Below are positions 17,124-29,279 of a DNA stretch of 48,839 bases, in pieces (within the stretch, counting starts at the first letter, position 1; the number at the start of each line of letters is the position of its first letter). The DNA is taken from assembly GCA_964354265.1 (NCBI GenBank), contig CAYGYY010000003.1, positions 1 through 48,839 of the forward strand. The letters run 5' to 3'. A program made the position numbers and the translations under genes. The notes under the pieces are model-generated. The model saw nothing but the letters and a program-made list of their open reading frames with translations. It did not search any database and had not been told where the DNA came from. The stretch comes from an uncultured Actinomycetota bacterium (GTDB taxonomy: Bacteria > Actinomycetota > Humimicrobiia > Humimicrobiales > Humimicrobiaceae).

Positions 17124-17612
17124 ATGATTTTAGATTATATTTCAGAAAACCCCGGCCAGACAAAAAAATTAGGCATTCTATTTTCAAAAATCCTTTGCAG
17201 TAATGATATAGCGCTTCTTTCAGGCGAACTTGGAGCAGGTAAAACAACATTTATTGCGGGAGTTTCAGAAAAACTTGGCATAAAAGATACTCTTTCCAGC
17301 CCAAGTTTTGCAATATTGAATGTTTATAAAATAAGAGCTAAAAGAAGGTTCATACATGCAGACCTTTACAGGCTTGACGGTATCGATGAGATACTGAATA
17401 CGGGCATTGAGGATTATATTTACGACAGGCACAGCATGGTCTTTATTGAGTGGGGAAATAAGCTAAGAGAATATTTAAAATCAGATTATATAGAGATAGA
17501 ATTCAGCTACATGGAAGACTCAAAAAGGCAGATATCTTTTAAGAGCAGCAGCAGGTACTGGAATAAAAAACTTGAGATATTAAAAAGGGTATTAAAAAAA
17601 TGCAGATACTAG
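17124..17612 (+). CDS. tsaE: t6A biosynthesis ATPase
   Basis: LSGELGAGKTT, SSPSF, HADLYRL, IEWG. Confidence 0.95.
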   Translation: MILDYISENPGQTKKLGILFSKILCSNDIALLSGELGAGKTTFIAGVSEKLGIKDTLSSPSFAILNVYKIRAKRRFIHADLYRLDGIDEILNTGIEDYIYDRHSMVFIEWGNKLREYLKSDYIEIEFSYMEDSKRQISFKSSSRYWNKKLEILKRVLKKCRY

Positions 17613-18421
17613 CAATAGAAAGCAGCACAAAAATCTTAAGCGTTTCATTAAGTGAAAGCGGTGCAGAAATTGCTTCTTTTCACCTGAAAAGCAATGATGG
17701 CTTCATGTCCAGTATTATTAATTCAATAGATGCCGTTTTAAAAAAAGGCAGATCAAATATAGAAAAAATCGATATTTTCGCCGGTAATACAGGTCCTGGT
17801 GATTTTACAGGTACAAGAATAGGGCTCAGCATATTAAAAACCCTGTCATTTGTGGAGGAAAAACCATTATACGGGATAAGCTCCCTGGATGTTTATGCAG
17901 CTTCAATACTTGAAAATAATTCCAGGAGTATAAAAAAAGATCTTTTGCAGTGGGGAAGCGCCATTGCAGTCCCTGTTATTGACGTTAAAAGAAATGAGCT
18001 TTTTTTCTCAATTTACGAGGCAAGTTTTTCTGAATATCCGGAATCTGTTGCCAGTCACCGTTTAAAACAGGCTGGAATATTTATAAGAAAGGTAACAGGC
18101 GATTACCTGGTTGAATATGAAAATTTCAGGAGTTTGCTGGAAAAAGTTTTCCTGTCAGGATCCCTGATTCTTACAAATGCAGAAAAAACCATGATATACT
18201 GCGGCGGCACTGCGTTTGGCTCATATAGCCATCTTGGACCGGACCTGAAAAAACTCAATTATAATTTTATCTTAAACAAAAGGGCAATCTTTCCCCATGC
18301 AGGGTGCGTCAATATATGCGCAAATTTCAGGGCAATGCGTGAGCTTGAAAAAGAGAAAAAAATCATCGGGGACAAGAATGTCGTGCCTGCCTATGTAAGG
18401 GAGTTTAAGCCTTTCAAATGA
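17600..18421 (+). CDS. tsaB: t6A biosynthesis protein
   Basis: ILAIESS, GPGDFTGTRIG, IDVKRNE, terminal PAYVR; lies between tsaE and tsaD. Confidence 0.93.
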   Translation: MQILAIESSTKILSVSLSESGAEIASFHLKSNDGFMSSIINSIDAVLKKGRSNIEKIDIFAGNTGPGDFTGTRIGLSILKTLSFVEEKPLYGISSLDVYAASILENNSRSIKKDLLQWGSAIAVPVIDVKRNELFFSIYEASFSEYPESVASHRLKQAGIFIRKVTGDYLVEYENFRSLLEKVFLSGSLILTNAEKTMIYCGGTAFGSYSHLGPDLKKLNYNFILNKRAIFPHAGCVNICANFRAMRELEKEKKIIGDKNVVPAYVREFKPFK

Positions 18422-19443
18422 ATCAATGCTACAGAAAAAAACTATATATCCTGGGGATAGAGACTTCCTGTGACGATACCTGCGCAGCCGTTGTTGCAGA
18501 CGGCAGGCAAATACTTTCCAATGTAGTAGCTTCCCAGCACGAGATACATGAGAAATATGGCGGAGTTGTTCCCGAGCTTGCCTCAAGAAGGCACATTGAA
18601 ATGATAGATATAATAATAAGGGAGGCTATCCTTCAGTCCGGCATTTCACTTGACGAAATCGGCGCAGTAAGCGTAACCAACAGGCCCGGTCTTGTGGGGT
18701 CGCTTCTTGTAGGCGCAGGCGCCGCCAAAGCAATAGTTTATGCAAAAAAAATCCCGCTTATCGGCATCAATCATCTTAAGGCGCACCTTTTTTCAAATAT
18801 TCTTGTAAACCCTGACATGAGCGGCGGTTTTATAGGCCTCATAGTTTCCGGGGGGCATTCAAGCCTTTACAGGGTAGACAGGGACTGGACAATAACTGAG
18901 ATAGGGCATACTGTTGACGATGCTGCAGGTGAAGCTTTTGATAAGATAGCAAGGTTTTTAGGCCTGGGCTATCCCGGAGGACCGGTAATCGACAGGCTGG
19001 CTAAGCAGGGGAAACGAAATGCTGTCTTTATGCCCAGGCCAATGATGGATAGCGGAGATTTTAATTTCAGTTTCAGCGGCTTAAAGACCGCAGTTATTTA
19101 TAAAGTAAAAAAAGACCCGGATATAAAAAAGCCTGAAAACATTGTTAATCTTGCTGCGTCTTTCCAGGAAGCTATTGCAGAAGTACTTGTAGAAAAGACT
19201 ATACGGGCAGGCAAAAAATCTGGCTACAACAGGATACTCATCAGCGGAGGAGTAGCGGCAAACAGCAGGATAAGGGAGCTTTTTACAATAAGGGCTGAAC
19301 AGGAAAGCATAGAACTATTTATTCCCCCGATATATCTTTGCATGGATAATGCCTCCATGGTGGCATGCCTGGGTTATCATGAATATGTGGCAGGCAATTT
19401 TTCAAGTATTGAGATGGACGTATATTCCAGAAGCGATATATAA
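18418..19443 (+). CDS. tsaD: t6A threonylcarbamoyltransferase
   Basis: ILGIETSCDDT, GGVVPELASRRH, NHLKAH, DDAAGEAFDK, DNASM. Confidence 0.98.
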   Translation: MNQCYRKKLYILGIETSCDDTCAAVVADGRQILSNVVASQHEIHEKYGGVVPELASRRHIEMIDIIIREAILQSGISLDEIGAVSVTNRPGLVGSLLVGAGAAKAIVYAKKIPLIGINHLKAHLFSNILVNPDMSGGFIGLIVSGGHSSLYRVDRDWTITEIGHTVDDAAGEAFDKIARFLGLGYPGGPVIDRLAKQGKRNAVFMPRPMMDSGDFNFSFSGLKTAVIYKVKKDPDIKKPENIVNLAASFQEAIAEVLVEKTIRAGKKSGYNRILISGGVAANSRIRELFTIRAEQESIELFIPPIYLCMDNASMVACLGYHEYVAGNFSSIEMDVYSRSDI

Positions 19444-19504
19444 GCTTATCACAAAAAGTAAACTGCTATCATAAAATAATTATAAAAAAATTTTATTTAA
19501 CTGC

Positions 19505-19569
19505 TTGATTTTTTTACTTCTATATAATATTATTCTTATAGATTAGCAGTCAAGGCATTAGAGTGCTGA
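19505..19569 (+). promoter_or_regulatory. groESL promoter with CIRCE (HrcA operator)
   Basis: TTGATT (19505)-17-TATTAT (19528); TTAGCAGTC-N9-GAGTGCTGA at 19543-19569, 2 mismatches to TTAGCACTC-N9-GAGTGCTAA; hrcA is in the window. Confidence 0.9.
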
Positions 19570-19635
19570 TATTTTTTTAAACAAATATACAAATGTATAA
19601 TTTGTAAAAATTATTTTAAAAGAGGAGGTAGACAT

Positions 19636-19926
19636 ATGGGTTACATGCCACTTGGTGACAGGTTATTGGTAAAGCCAAAAGAAAGCGAAGAGAAGACAAA
19701 AAGCGGAATCGTTCTTCCTGATTCTGCAAAAGAAAAACCACAGGAAGGCCAGGTCATTTCCGCAGGTTCAGGCGGAAGAGACGACAAGGGGAATAAAATC
19801 CCGATGGAGGTAAAGGTTGGAGATGCAGTACTTTACTCCAAATATGCCGGCACAGAAGTAAAGATTGACGGTGTCGAGCATCTTATTATCAGGGAAAGCG
19901 ACGTTCTGGCAATAGTTACAAAATAA
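19636..19926 (+). CDS. groES: Co-chaperonin GroES
   Basis: [36 protein letters not shown]. Confidence 0.98.
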   Translation: MGYMPLGDRLLVKPKESEEKTKSGIVLPDSAKEKPQEGQVISAGSGGRDDKGNKIPMEVKVGDAVLYSKYAGTEVKIDGVEHLIIRESDVLAIVTK

Positions 19927-19978
19927 CCGTGAGCCCGGAAAGTTTTCACTGTAGATTTTTATTTTTTTATTATTTTAA

Positions 19979-21631
<1,653 letters not shown>

Positions 21632-21735
21632 TTTAGGGCAACAGAGGGTTTCTATACACTAATAAGTACCGCTGGAGAATTGAAGATGTGCGACAGATAT
21701 AAGATGTCATAAGATGCGGTACAGGAAAATAAATT

Positions 21736-21769
21736 AATAAGGCGGTTATTTTTAAATAACCGCCTTATT
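21736..21769. terminator. Strong hairpin between convergent groEL and Fe-ADH genes (likely bidirectional terminator)
   Basis: AATAAGGCGGTTATT-TTTA-AATAACCGCCTTATT, a perfect 15-bp stem. Confidence 0.8.
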
Positions 21770-21796
21770 GCATAATGCGATAGCTGCCTTATTTTT

Positions 21797-22897
21797 TTAC
21801 ATTAATGCATTCATATATATTTCCAGGACTGCCTGCTTGTCTACGCCTCTTGGATTCGGTTTTGCTGATGCAGCATCAAAGCTCTCTTCCGTGTATTGCA
21901 TCAATTCTTCAGGGGAATAATTTTCCTTATATCTAAGTATCGATGAAATAAGCCCGGAAAAATCTTTAGTATCTTTTACACCCAGGCTTTCATACATCTG
22001 CCGGGCTTTTCGGGCGCAATCCGGATAAATATATTCCATGAATGCGCCAAGCAGTATGCCGCATGCGCAACCATGGGAAAGCCTCCTGTTTATTGATAAC
22101 GGGTAACCCATTGCATGTACTGCCAGGGTTCTCATATGATTTATCATGATGCCGGAAAGCGCAGCATTAAAAAGAAGTTTTTCACGCTGTTCAAAAGTTA
22201 ACTCCCGTTTTTGCAGGGAGTCGGCGCAGTCGCTGAAGTTTTTAAAGATAGTTATTCCAATCATGTCAGAGACCCAGTTGCTTTTTTTGCTTAAGAATCC
22301 CTCCAGTCCGTGGGATAGCGCATCCACTGCGCAGTCTGCTGCAACCTGTGGCGGGAGGGTTTCTGTATATCTTGCGTCAAGGAATGCATACACCGGGCTC
22401 ATGAGGTCCTCATTTCCAAATGATTTTTTTGTGTTTTTATCTTTGATTGTAAGCACAGCATACGGTGTTACTTCGCTGCCTGTTCCGGCAGTTGTAGGTA
22501 TGGCTATAACAGGAAGCGGCTTATTTTTATAAACATTAGCGTATAGCTCATCTACAGGCATTTTATTTACAGCAAGTACCGCCGCTGTTTTTGCAGTGTC
22601 CAGTACCGATCCGCCTCCAATGCCGATTATCATATCTGCGCTGGTGTCTGAGGCCAATTCCCCGAATTTTTTCATTTCCTTTATTTCAGGGTTTACTGGA
22701 GCTTCTAAAGTTATACTGTATTTTAAGCCCTGCTCTTCAAGTGCGTTCCTGATATCATCTATGGACCCATTTTTTTCATTGACAGGATATGTTATTACCA
22801 AAGCGTTTTTACCGGTTTTTGTAAACAGTTTTGAATTTTGTACTACACAATTTTTGCCCATTATTATTTTTGTTGGCAGGTAAAATGTAAGTTCCAA
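21797..22897 (-). CDS. Iron-containing alcohol dehydrogenase family protein
   Basis: GIGGGSVLD, PTTAGTGSEVT, DALSH, H...SHG metal ligands. Confidence 0.92.
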   Translation of the reverse strand: MELTFYLPTKIIMGKNCVVQNSKLFTKTGKNALVITYPVNEKNGSIDDIRNALEEQGLKYSITLEAPVNPEIKEMKKFGELASDTSADMIIGIGGGSVLDTAKTAAVLAVNKMPVDELYANVYKNKPLPVIAIPTTAGTGSEVTPYAVLTIKDKNTKKSFGNEDLMSPVYAFLDARYTETLPPQVAADCAVDALSHGLEGFLSKKSNWVSDMIGITIFKNFSDCADSLQKRELTFEQREKLLFNAALSGIMINHMRTLAVHAMGYPLSINRRLSHGCACGILLGAFMEYIYPDCARKARQMYESLGVKDTKDFSGLISSILRYKENYSPEELMQYTEESFDAASAKPNPRGVDKQAVLEIYMNALM

Positions 22898-23156
22898 TGA
22901 AGCCTCCCTTAAATAAAGATACTAATAGATACTAATAGGTTCAACCGATATAAGGATTCTGTGTAAATATTATTGGAATTGCTAACCCGGTTATTTATGA
23001 TTTAACCTTATAAATGTGCTTATTATATATCATAAATCCCTGAAAAAATGGAATTAAATATTTATATTGCATTAAAAAAACAATAATTTATATATTTTTA
23101 TACATATTATATTATTAATACCTGTAAAAATATCTTTAATATGCTGGAGGTTTATT

Positions 23157-24275
23157 TTGTCAAACATAATATATGAATCTTTTGACAAGCTTGAAAATTT
23201 TATGGCTGACGTCTTTATGAAGGTCGGTGTACCTAAATCAGATGCAAAAATCTGTGCAAGGGTTTTAATAGACGCTGATAAAAGAGGGATTGACAGCCAT
23301 GGTGTAGGCAGGTTTAAACCCATATATATAGACCGGATTAAGGCGGGCCTCCAGAGTCCTGTAACCAAGTTAGAGATTATAAGGGAAACACCAGCCACTG
23401 CAGTAATTGACGGCAATAATGGTATGGGCCAGGTAGTTGCAAAGAAAGCTATGCAGGCTGCAATTGATAAGGCCAAAAAATCAGGGCTTGGCATGACTGT
23501 TGTAAGGAATTCCACGCACTTTGGCTTTGCTGGCTATTATGTGATAATGGCTACGAAGGAAAACATGATAGGGATTACCGGAACAAACGCCAGGCCATCT
23601 ATTGCACCCACTTTTGGTGTGGAAAACATGCTTGGGACAAATCCGCTTGTCTTCGGCATGCCGACTGATGAGGGTTTCCCTTTTACTATAGATTGCGCTA
23701 CTTCAATAACTCAGAGAGGTAAGATAGAGCAATACCAGCGCGAGGGCAAGGTACTGCCTCCTGGATGGGTAATCGACCAGTTTGGAAATACCAGCACTGA
23801 CCCTGATAAGGTACTAAAAGGCCTGAACAGCGGTAGTTGCGCACTGTCGCCACTTGGTGGAATAGGTGAAGAAATGGCAGGGTATAAAGGATATGGTTAT
23901 GCTACGGTAGTGGAAATACTTTCATCTGCTCTCCAGGGCGGGCTTTTCTTAAAAAATCTTTCTGATGTCGACCAGGATGGTAATAAGGTAAAGAGCAGGC
24001 TTGGCCATTTCTTTATTGCAATAAATATAGAAAGCTTTACAGAGCCTGACGACTTTAAAAAGACTGTCGGCCAGATATTGCGGGATCTGAGGAATTCTAA
24101 AAAAGCTCCAGGCAAGGACAGGATATATACTGCCGGGGAAAAAGAATATCTTGCATGGCTTGAAAGAAAAGATAAAGGAGTGCCGTTAAATGATGCATTG
24201 CAAAAAATCCTCAAGTCAACAAGAGATGAATATGGGCTATGGCAATACAAATTTAATTTTGAAGACCAGGGTTGA
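23157..24275 (+). CDS. Ldh_2-family (type 2 malate/lactate) oxidoreductase
   Basis: ADKRGIDSHGV, NSTHFG, LGTNP, D.ATS...RGK, GYKGYG. Confidence 0.93.
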   Translation: MSNIIYESFDKLENFMADVFMKVGVPKSDAKICARVLIDADKRGIDSHGVGRFKPIYIDRIKAGLQSPVTKLEIIRETPATAVIDGNNGMGQVVAKKAMQAAIDKAKKSGLGMTVVRNSTHFGFAGYYVIMATKENMIGITGTNARPSIAPTFGVENMLGTNPLVFGMPTDEGFPFTIDCATSITQRGKIEQYQREGKVLPPGWVIDQFGNTSTDPDKVLKGLNSGSCALSPLGGIGEEMAGYKGYGYATVVEILSSALQGGLFLKNLSDVDQDGNKVKSRLGHFFIAINIESFTEPDDFKKTVGQILRDLRNSKKAPGKDRIYTAGEKEYLAWLERKDKGVPLNDALQKILKSTRDEYGLWQYKFNFEDQG

Positions 24276-24396
24276 TTCTTTATGGACCAAAGAAAAAGAG
24301 TAGAAACCATATAAGGCGGTGGGTATATCATCCCTGGTAAGCCCTCAAAGAATAATCTACAAGCAGGAGGCTGTTTATTAATTTGGAAACTATAAT

Positions 24397-24840
24397 TTAC
24401 CTGACTTCTACAAATAAAATAAAAGTGTCTTCAGGCTCTGCTCCTTCTTCCCAGGGTCTTACATATTCAAGCAGGATTTCTGTTTTGCCAGGCGATAATG
24501 CTTTAAAATTAAAAGTCTCAAAACCGCCTGCACCTACCATCTCTTTATCTTTTTTTAAGACCTCATATACAGATGACACCAGTGTGACCACTGCAGTATC
24601 CATCTTTTCTGATAATTTCCAGTTATAACCTGTAGTCTGGTTTGATTCAAGTTTTACAGAAAAGCTCTCATTGGCATTTAAAGCCACAGTTGTGCCGCTA
24701 TCTTCTGCTGAAAATACATTTGCCTGGCCGGGAGAGCATGATATAAGCGCCGAAAGAATAATGACAGCCGCTATTGTTGCCAGCCCAAAAGCCAGGAAAA
24801 TCCTTTTTCCGGTCTTTATATTCTTTATTTCCTTTAACAT
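24397..24840 (-). CDS. Chagasin/I42-family cysteine peptidase inhibitor lipoprotein
   Basis: NQTTGYNW, VGAGG and YVRPWE loops; lipobox LISC; ATG at 24840 after GGAGG. Confidence 0.9.
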   Translation of the reverse strand: MLKEIKNIKTGKRIFLAFGLATIAAVIILSALISCSPGQANVFSAEDSGTTVALNANESFSVKLESNQTTGYNWKLSEKMDTAVVTLVSSVYEVLKKDKEMVGAGGFETFNFKALSPGKTEILLEYVRPWEEGAEPEDTFILFVEVR

Positions 24841-25157
24841 ATTCAAATCCCTCCAGTTTATGAAAATAAAAATTTTTTCTAAAAATAACACAGCATTTTT
24901 AAAATGGATTCATTTTTATTAAGATAAATATTTAAATAATCAATTCCTGTAAATTCCCTTCTTAAAATAACTTTCGTAATATAATGTTTGGTTTTTAAGG
25001 TATAAACCTTTTTTACATTAATTTCTTAAGTGCTGCGCTGATTCTATTTGGAGTGAAATAATACTAGTATATATAGCCTAAATAAAAACAGGAAGTTTCT
25101 ATGGACAGGGGTTATCTGTAATAATCATAGAAAGATACATAATAAGGTCATTTCAAA

Positions 25158-25186
25158 TTGAATAAATCCATGAGATATAGTAATAT
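25158..25186 (+). promoter_or_regulatory. Candidate promoter of plsY-guaB3-guaA
   Basis: TTGAAT-17-TAATAT, 26 nt upstream of plsY. Confidence 0.45.
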
Positions 25187-25212
25187 TTTTCTAAAATTAT
25201 GGTGTTAAATTT

Positions 25213-25869
25213 ATGACAGTCACAATTCTATATAAGATCTTATTAGTTATAGCTTCTTATCTTCTTGGAGCCTTTCCAACAGGGTATATTATTTATAAAG
25301 CAAAAAAAGATGGCGCTGACATCAGGGATGCAGGCAGCGGCAACGTGGGCGGCACTAATGTCACCAGGACCGTTGGAGCCACTGCAGGCGCAATAACAAT
25401 TATTGTCGACATACTTAAGGGATTCCTTCCGGTACTTGCAGTTTTTTACCTTTTCAGGACTGATTTTGTCCTGCTTGCCTGTGTCGCAGTAGCTGCGGTC
25501 CTTGGCCACGTTTTTCCGGTATATATTAAATTTCGTGGCGGTAAAGGAATATCAACATCATTCGGGGTGATTTTTGGATTGTGTATTTTGCCTTTTTATC
25601 CGGGCGCCACCTGGCTGCGCATCCTTCCCCTTTTTATCATACTATTAACCTGGGTAATAGTATTTGCTTTCTCAAGGATTGTTTCCCTTTCATCGCTTGC
25701 AGCAGCAGTTGCTACTCCGCTTTCTTTTTATTTTACAAATTATCCGCTGCCTATAGTAATTGCAGCAATTTGCCTTTTTGTATTAACATTTATCACACAT
25801 AGGGATAATATTAGAAGATTAATCAGAAAAGAAGAAAAAAAATTAAAGCGGAAGGGAGCCAAACAATAA
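25213..25869 (+). CDS. plsY: Glycerol-3-phosphate acyltransferase
   Basis: DIRDAGSGNVGGTN, GHVFPVYIKFRGGKG, HRDNIRRL. Confidence 0.96.
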   Translation: MTVTILYKILLVIASYLLGAFPTGYIIYKAKKDGADIRDAGSGNVGGTNVTRTVGATAGAITIIVDILKGFLPVLAVFYLFRTDFVLLACVAVAAVLGHVFPVYIKFRGGKGISTSFGVIFGLCILPFYPGATWLRILPLFIILLTWVIVFAFSRIVSLSSLAAAVATPLSFYFTNYPLPIVIAAICLFVLTFITHRDNIRRLIRKEEKKLKRKGAKQ

Positions 25870-27027
25870 ATGGAAATCGAAATTGGAAAGGGTAAGGCAG
25901 GCCGAAGGGCTTATGGTTTTGACGAGATCGCGATTGTACCAAGCAGGCGAACGAGGGATCCTGAAGATATAGATATTTCTGCAAAAATTGGCAACCACCA
26001 TTTAAGTATACCCATCCTTGCATCGGCAATGGATGGAGTTGTTGATGTAAAAATGGCGATTGAAATGGACAGGATTGGGGGCATGGCGGTTTTAAATCTT
26101 GAAGGCATTCAGTCAAGGTATGAGAATGCTGATGAACTGCTTCAAAAGATTTCAACCTTCAATGACAGGGAAGCAACCTTAAAAATGCAGGAAATATATA
26201 AAGAATCTGTTAAAGTCGAATTAATGCAAAAAAGGATTAAACAGGTAAAGGAAAAAGGCGCTGTAGCGATTGCATCACTGACTCCCCAGAAAGTCCAGAG
26301 ATATTACCAGGCTGCAATTGATGCAGGTCTTGACATACTGGTCATCCAGGGGACCGTTATAAGCGCAGAGCATGTAAGCGTTACAAAAGAGCCGCTTGAT
26401 CTTAAGCAATTCATCCCTAAGTGTCCAATTCCTGTTATAGTTGGCGGATGCTGTTCGTTTTCCACATCCCTTCATCTTATGAGGACCGGCGCAGTTGGGA
26501 TCCTGGTAGGGGTAGGCCCGGGAGCAGCCTGTACAACAAGGCAGGTGCTGGGTATTGGCGTACCCCAGGCCACTGCGATAGCTGATGCCTCTGCGGCAAG
26601 GTCCAGGCATCTTGATGAAACAGGCCAGTATGTCCAGGTCATTGCAGATGGCGGCATGCGTACAGGAGGCGACCTTGCAAAAGCTATAGCATGCGGCGCC
26701 GATATGATAATGATAGGAGCACCGCTTTCCCGCGCAAAAGAAGCGCCTGGAAGGGGTTACCACTGGGGGATGGCAACTTTCCATCCTGATCTTCCAAGAG
26801 GCGCGAGAGTAAAAACAGATGTTGTTGCAAGTCTTGAAGAAATCCTGATAGGGCCCGCACATGAAAATGACGGAACCTTAAACCTTTGTGGAGCCCTCAA
26901 GACATCTATGGCGACCTGCGGGTACTTGAATATAAAAGAATTCCAGAAAGCTGAGGTAATGGTAGCGCCTTCAATTAAAACTGAGGGTAAATTTCACCAG
27001 CAGACACAGAAAGTCGGTATGGGCTAG
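25870..27027 (+). CDS. guaB3: GuaB3-family IMP dehydrogenase (no CBS domains)
   Basis: IEIGKGKAGRRAYGFDEIAIVPSRRTRDP N-terminus; GPGAACTTR catalytic Cys loop; IADGG; HWGMA. Confidence 0.92.
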   Translation: MEIEIGKGKAGRRAYGFDEIAIVPSRRTRDPEDIDISAKIGNHHLSIPILASAMDGVVDVKMAIEMDRIGGMAVLNLEGIQSRYENADELLQKISTFNDREATLKMQEIYKESVKVELMQKRIKQVKEKGAVAIASLTPQKVQRYYQAAIDAGLDILVIQGTVISAEHVSVTKEPLDLKQFIPKCPIPVIVGGCCSFSTSLHLMRTGAVGILVGVGPGAACTTRQVLGIGVPQATAIADASAARSRHLDETGQYVQVIADGGMRTGGDLAKAIACGADMIMIGAPLSRAKEAPGRGYHWGMATFHPDLPRGARVKTDVVASLEEILIGPAHENDGTLNLCGALKTSMATCGYLNIKEFQKAEVMVAPSIKTEGKFHQQTQKVGMG

Positions 27028-27101
27028 GATTAAAATAAATATTGAAAAGGATTAGACCGGATTAGAATAAGTTAATTCCGGTCAGGGCAAGAGTTAAAAA
27101 A

Positions 27102-28697
27102 ATGGAAAATATACTGGTAATTGATTTTGGCGGGCAGTACAGCCAGCTTATTGCAAGAAGGGTACGGGAATTAAGGGTGTATTCTGAACTTGTCGCTTAT
27201 GATATGCCCATTGAAAAAATAAGGGAGAAAAAGCCAAGCGGAATAATATTTTCCGGTTCGCCAAGCTCAATAAGCAATTTAGGCAAAATCGGCTACCAGA
27301 AAGGTTCTTTTAAGAAAAATACCATTTCCCAAAATGCAGCTGATTTAAAAAAGCCGCCTGTCGTGGATAGCAGGATTTTTGAACTTGGTGTGCCGATCCT
27401 GGGAATATGTTACGGAATGCAGCTAATTACACACCTTTTGGGAGGAAAAGTATCAAGTTCAGGTAAAAATGAGTATGGAAAGACCTATATAAACCTTTCA
27501 ACAGATAACCCCCTGTTTGAAGGCCTTCAGCAATCTGAGGTCTGCTGGATGAGTCACAGGGACAGCGTGTCAATACTGCCGGAAGGATTTAAAGTAATAG
27601 CCGCCACACCATCGCTTCCGATTGCAGGCATCGCTGATTTGCAGAGAAAGGCTTACGGAATCCAGTTTCATCCTGAAGTCATACACACGCCTTCAGGAAT
27701 GGAAATCCTCAAGAATTTTCTTTTTAATATATGCGGGTGTTCGCCCACCTGGACAATGGTCTCGATAATAGAAAACCAGGTAAACATCATAAGGGATATG
27801 GTTAAAGGAGGAAATGTCATCTGCGCATTAAGCGGCGGAGTGGACTCTACGGTTGCAGCGCTGCTTGTACATAAGGCTGTTGGTAAAAAACTTACCTGTA
27901 TCTTTGTCGACCACGGCCTGCTCAGGCTTGGCGAGGACCAGCAGGTTGAAAATACTTTCAGGAAGAATTTCAAGATAAACCTTGTGCATGTAAAAGCAAA
28001 GGAAAGATTCCTTTCAAAGCTTTACAATGTTACGGACCCTGAACAAAAGCGGAAGATAATAGGCAGCGAGTTCATAAGGGTTTTTGAAGAGGAAGCAAAA
28101 AAAATCATGGGTGTTGAATTTCTGGTGCAGGGCACGCTTTATTCTGATGTCATCGAGAGCGGCACCAGGGATGCCGCTAAAATAAAATCCCACCACAATG
28201 TTGGGGGGCTGCCTGAAGATATGAACATCAAGCTGATCGAACCGCTTAGAATGCTTTTTAAGGACGAGGTGCGTAAAATAGGTATTGAGCTGGGGCTCTC
28301 AGAGGAAATAGTAAGGAGGCAGCCATTTCCAGGCCCCGGGCTTGCAATAAGGATAATAGGCGATATTACCCAGGAGCGTCTTGAGATACTTAAGATTGCA
28401 GATAAGATAGTCATTGATGAAATAAAAAAAGCAGGGCTTTATGAAAAGATATGGCAGTCTTTTGCAGTCCTTCCCTGTATAAAAAGCGTCGGGGTTATGG
28501 GAGATGAAAGGACATATTCCTACCCCATAGTAATAAGAGTGGTTACCAGCGAAGATGCCATGACTGCAGACTGGGTAAGATTACCGTATGATGTCATGGA
28601 GGAGATGAGCAGCAGGATAATCAATGAGGTGGAAGGCGTTAACAGGGTTGTATATGATATAAGCTCCAAACCTCCAAGCACTATTGAATGGGAATAA
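27102..28697 (+). CDS. guaA: GMP synthase (glutamine-hydrolysing)
   Basis: [50 protein letters not shown]. Confidence 0.99.
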   Translation: MENILVIDFGGQYSQLIARRVRELRVYSELVAYDMPIEKIREKKPSGIIFSGSPSSISNLGKIGYQKGSFKKNTISQNAADLKKPPVVDSRIFELGVPILGICYGMQLITHLLGGKVSSSGKNEYGKTYINLSTDNPLFEGLQQSEVCWMSHRDSVSILPEGFKVIAATPSLPIAGIADLQRKAYGIQFHPEVIHTPSGMEILKNFLFNICGCSPTWTMVSIIENQVNIIRDMVKGGNVICALSGGVDSTVAALLVHKAVGKKLTCIFVDHGLLRLGEDQQVENTFRKNFKINLVHVKAKERFLSKLYNVTDPEQKRKIIGSEFIRVFEEEAKKIMGVEFLVQGTLYSDVIESGTRDAAKIKSHHNVGGLPEDMNIKLIEPLRMLFKDEVRKIGIELGLSEEIVRRQPFPGPGLAIRIIGDITQERLEILKIADKIVIDEIKKAGLYEKIWQSFAVLPCIKSVGVMGDERTYSYPIVIRVVTSEDAMTADWVRLPYDVMEEMSSRIINEVEGVNRVVYDISSKPPSTIEWE

Positions 28698-28871
28698 GGA
28701 TTTTCTCCAGCAACATTTCTTATCTAATGACTGCCAGGCTATAATTGCCGGGATTACATTTTTTAGCCACTCAAAGGCAGGCTTACCATTTCAGTTTTAT
28801 TATATATAATCTATAATGAATAATAAGAATTTTTTAAATCTGGAATTACTTTTTATTTAAGCGAGGTTATT

Positions 28872-29156
28872 ATGGACGATGGTTTTAAGGAACTTTTAAA
28901 AAAATACAGGGAAGAAATCGACAGGATAGACCAGGGACTGGTTGATCTTTTAAATGAGAGGGCAGCAGCTGTAATGAAGGTAAAAAAGCTAAAAGAAAAG
29001 CATAACCTGCCTCTTTATGATGCAAAAAGGGAAGAGGACCTCATTAATAATATAGTCAGCTATAACAAAGGCCCCCTCTATAACGATAATATAACACAGA
29101 TATTCGAATCAATCTTAAGGAATACACAGATACTTGAAAAAGACGATACTCTCTGA
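28872..29156 (+). CDS. AroQ-type (CM_2) chorismate mutase
   Basis: YREEIDRIDQGLVDLLNER...K...YDAKRE; NKGPL...IFESI. Confidence 0.9.
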   Translation: MDDGFKELLKKYREEIDRIDQGLVDLLNERAAAVMKVKKLKEKHNLPLYDAKREEDLINNIVSYNKGPLYNDNITQIFESILRNTQILEKDDTL

Positions 29157-29279
29157 GAAGATACCCGGCATTTAATATCCGTTAACATTTATCCGGTATC
29201 ATGCATCTGGCATTTATTTTTAGCTTTAAAACAGACTATTTAATATATTAATAAAACCGGTAGTGAAAATAAAAAAATC

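Noticed and set aside
24282-24395. Short ORF MDQRKRVETI* and a downstream open frame after ldh2
   Set aside because: No SD and no recognisable family signature
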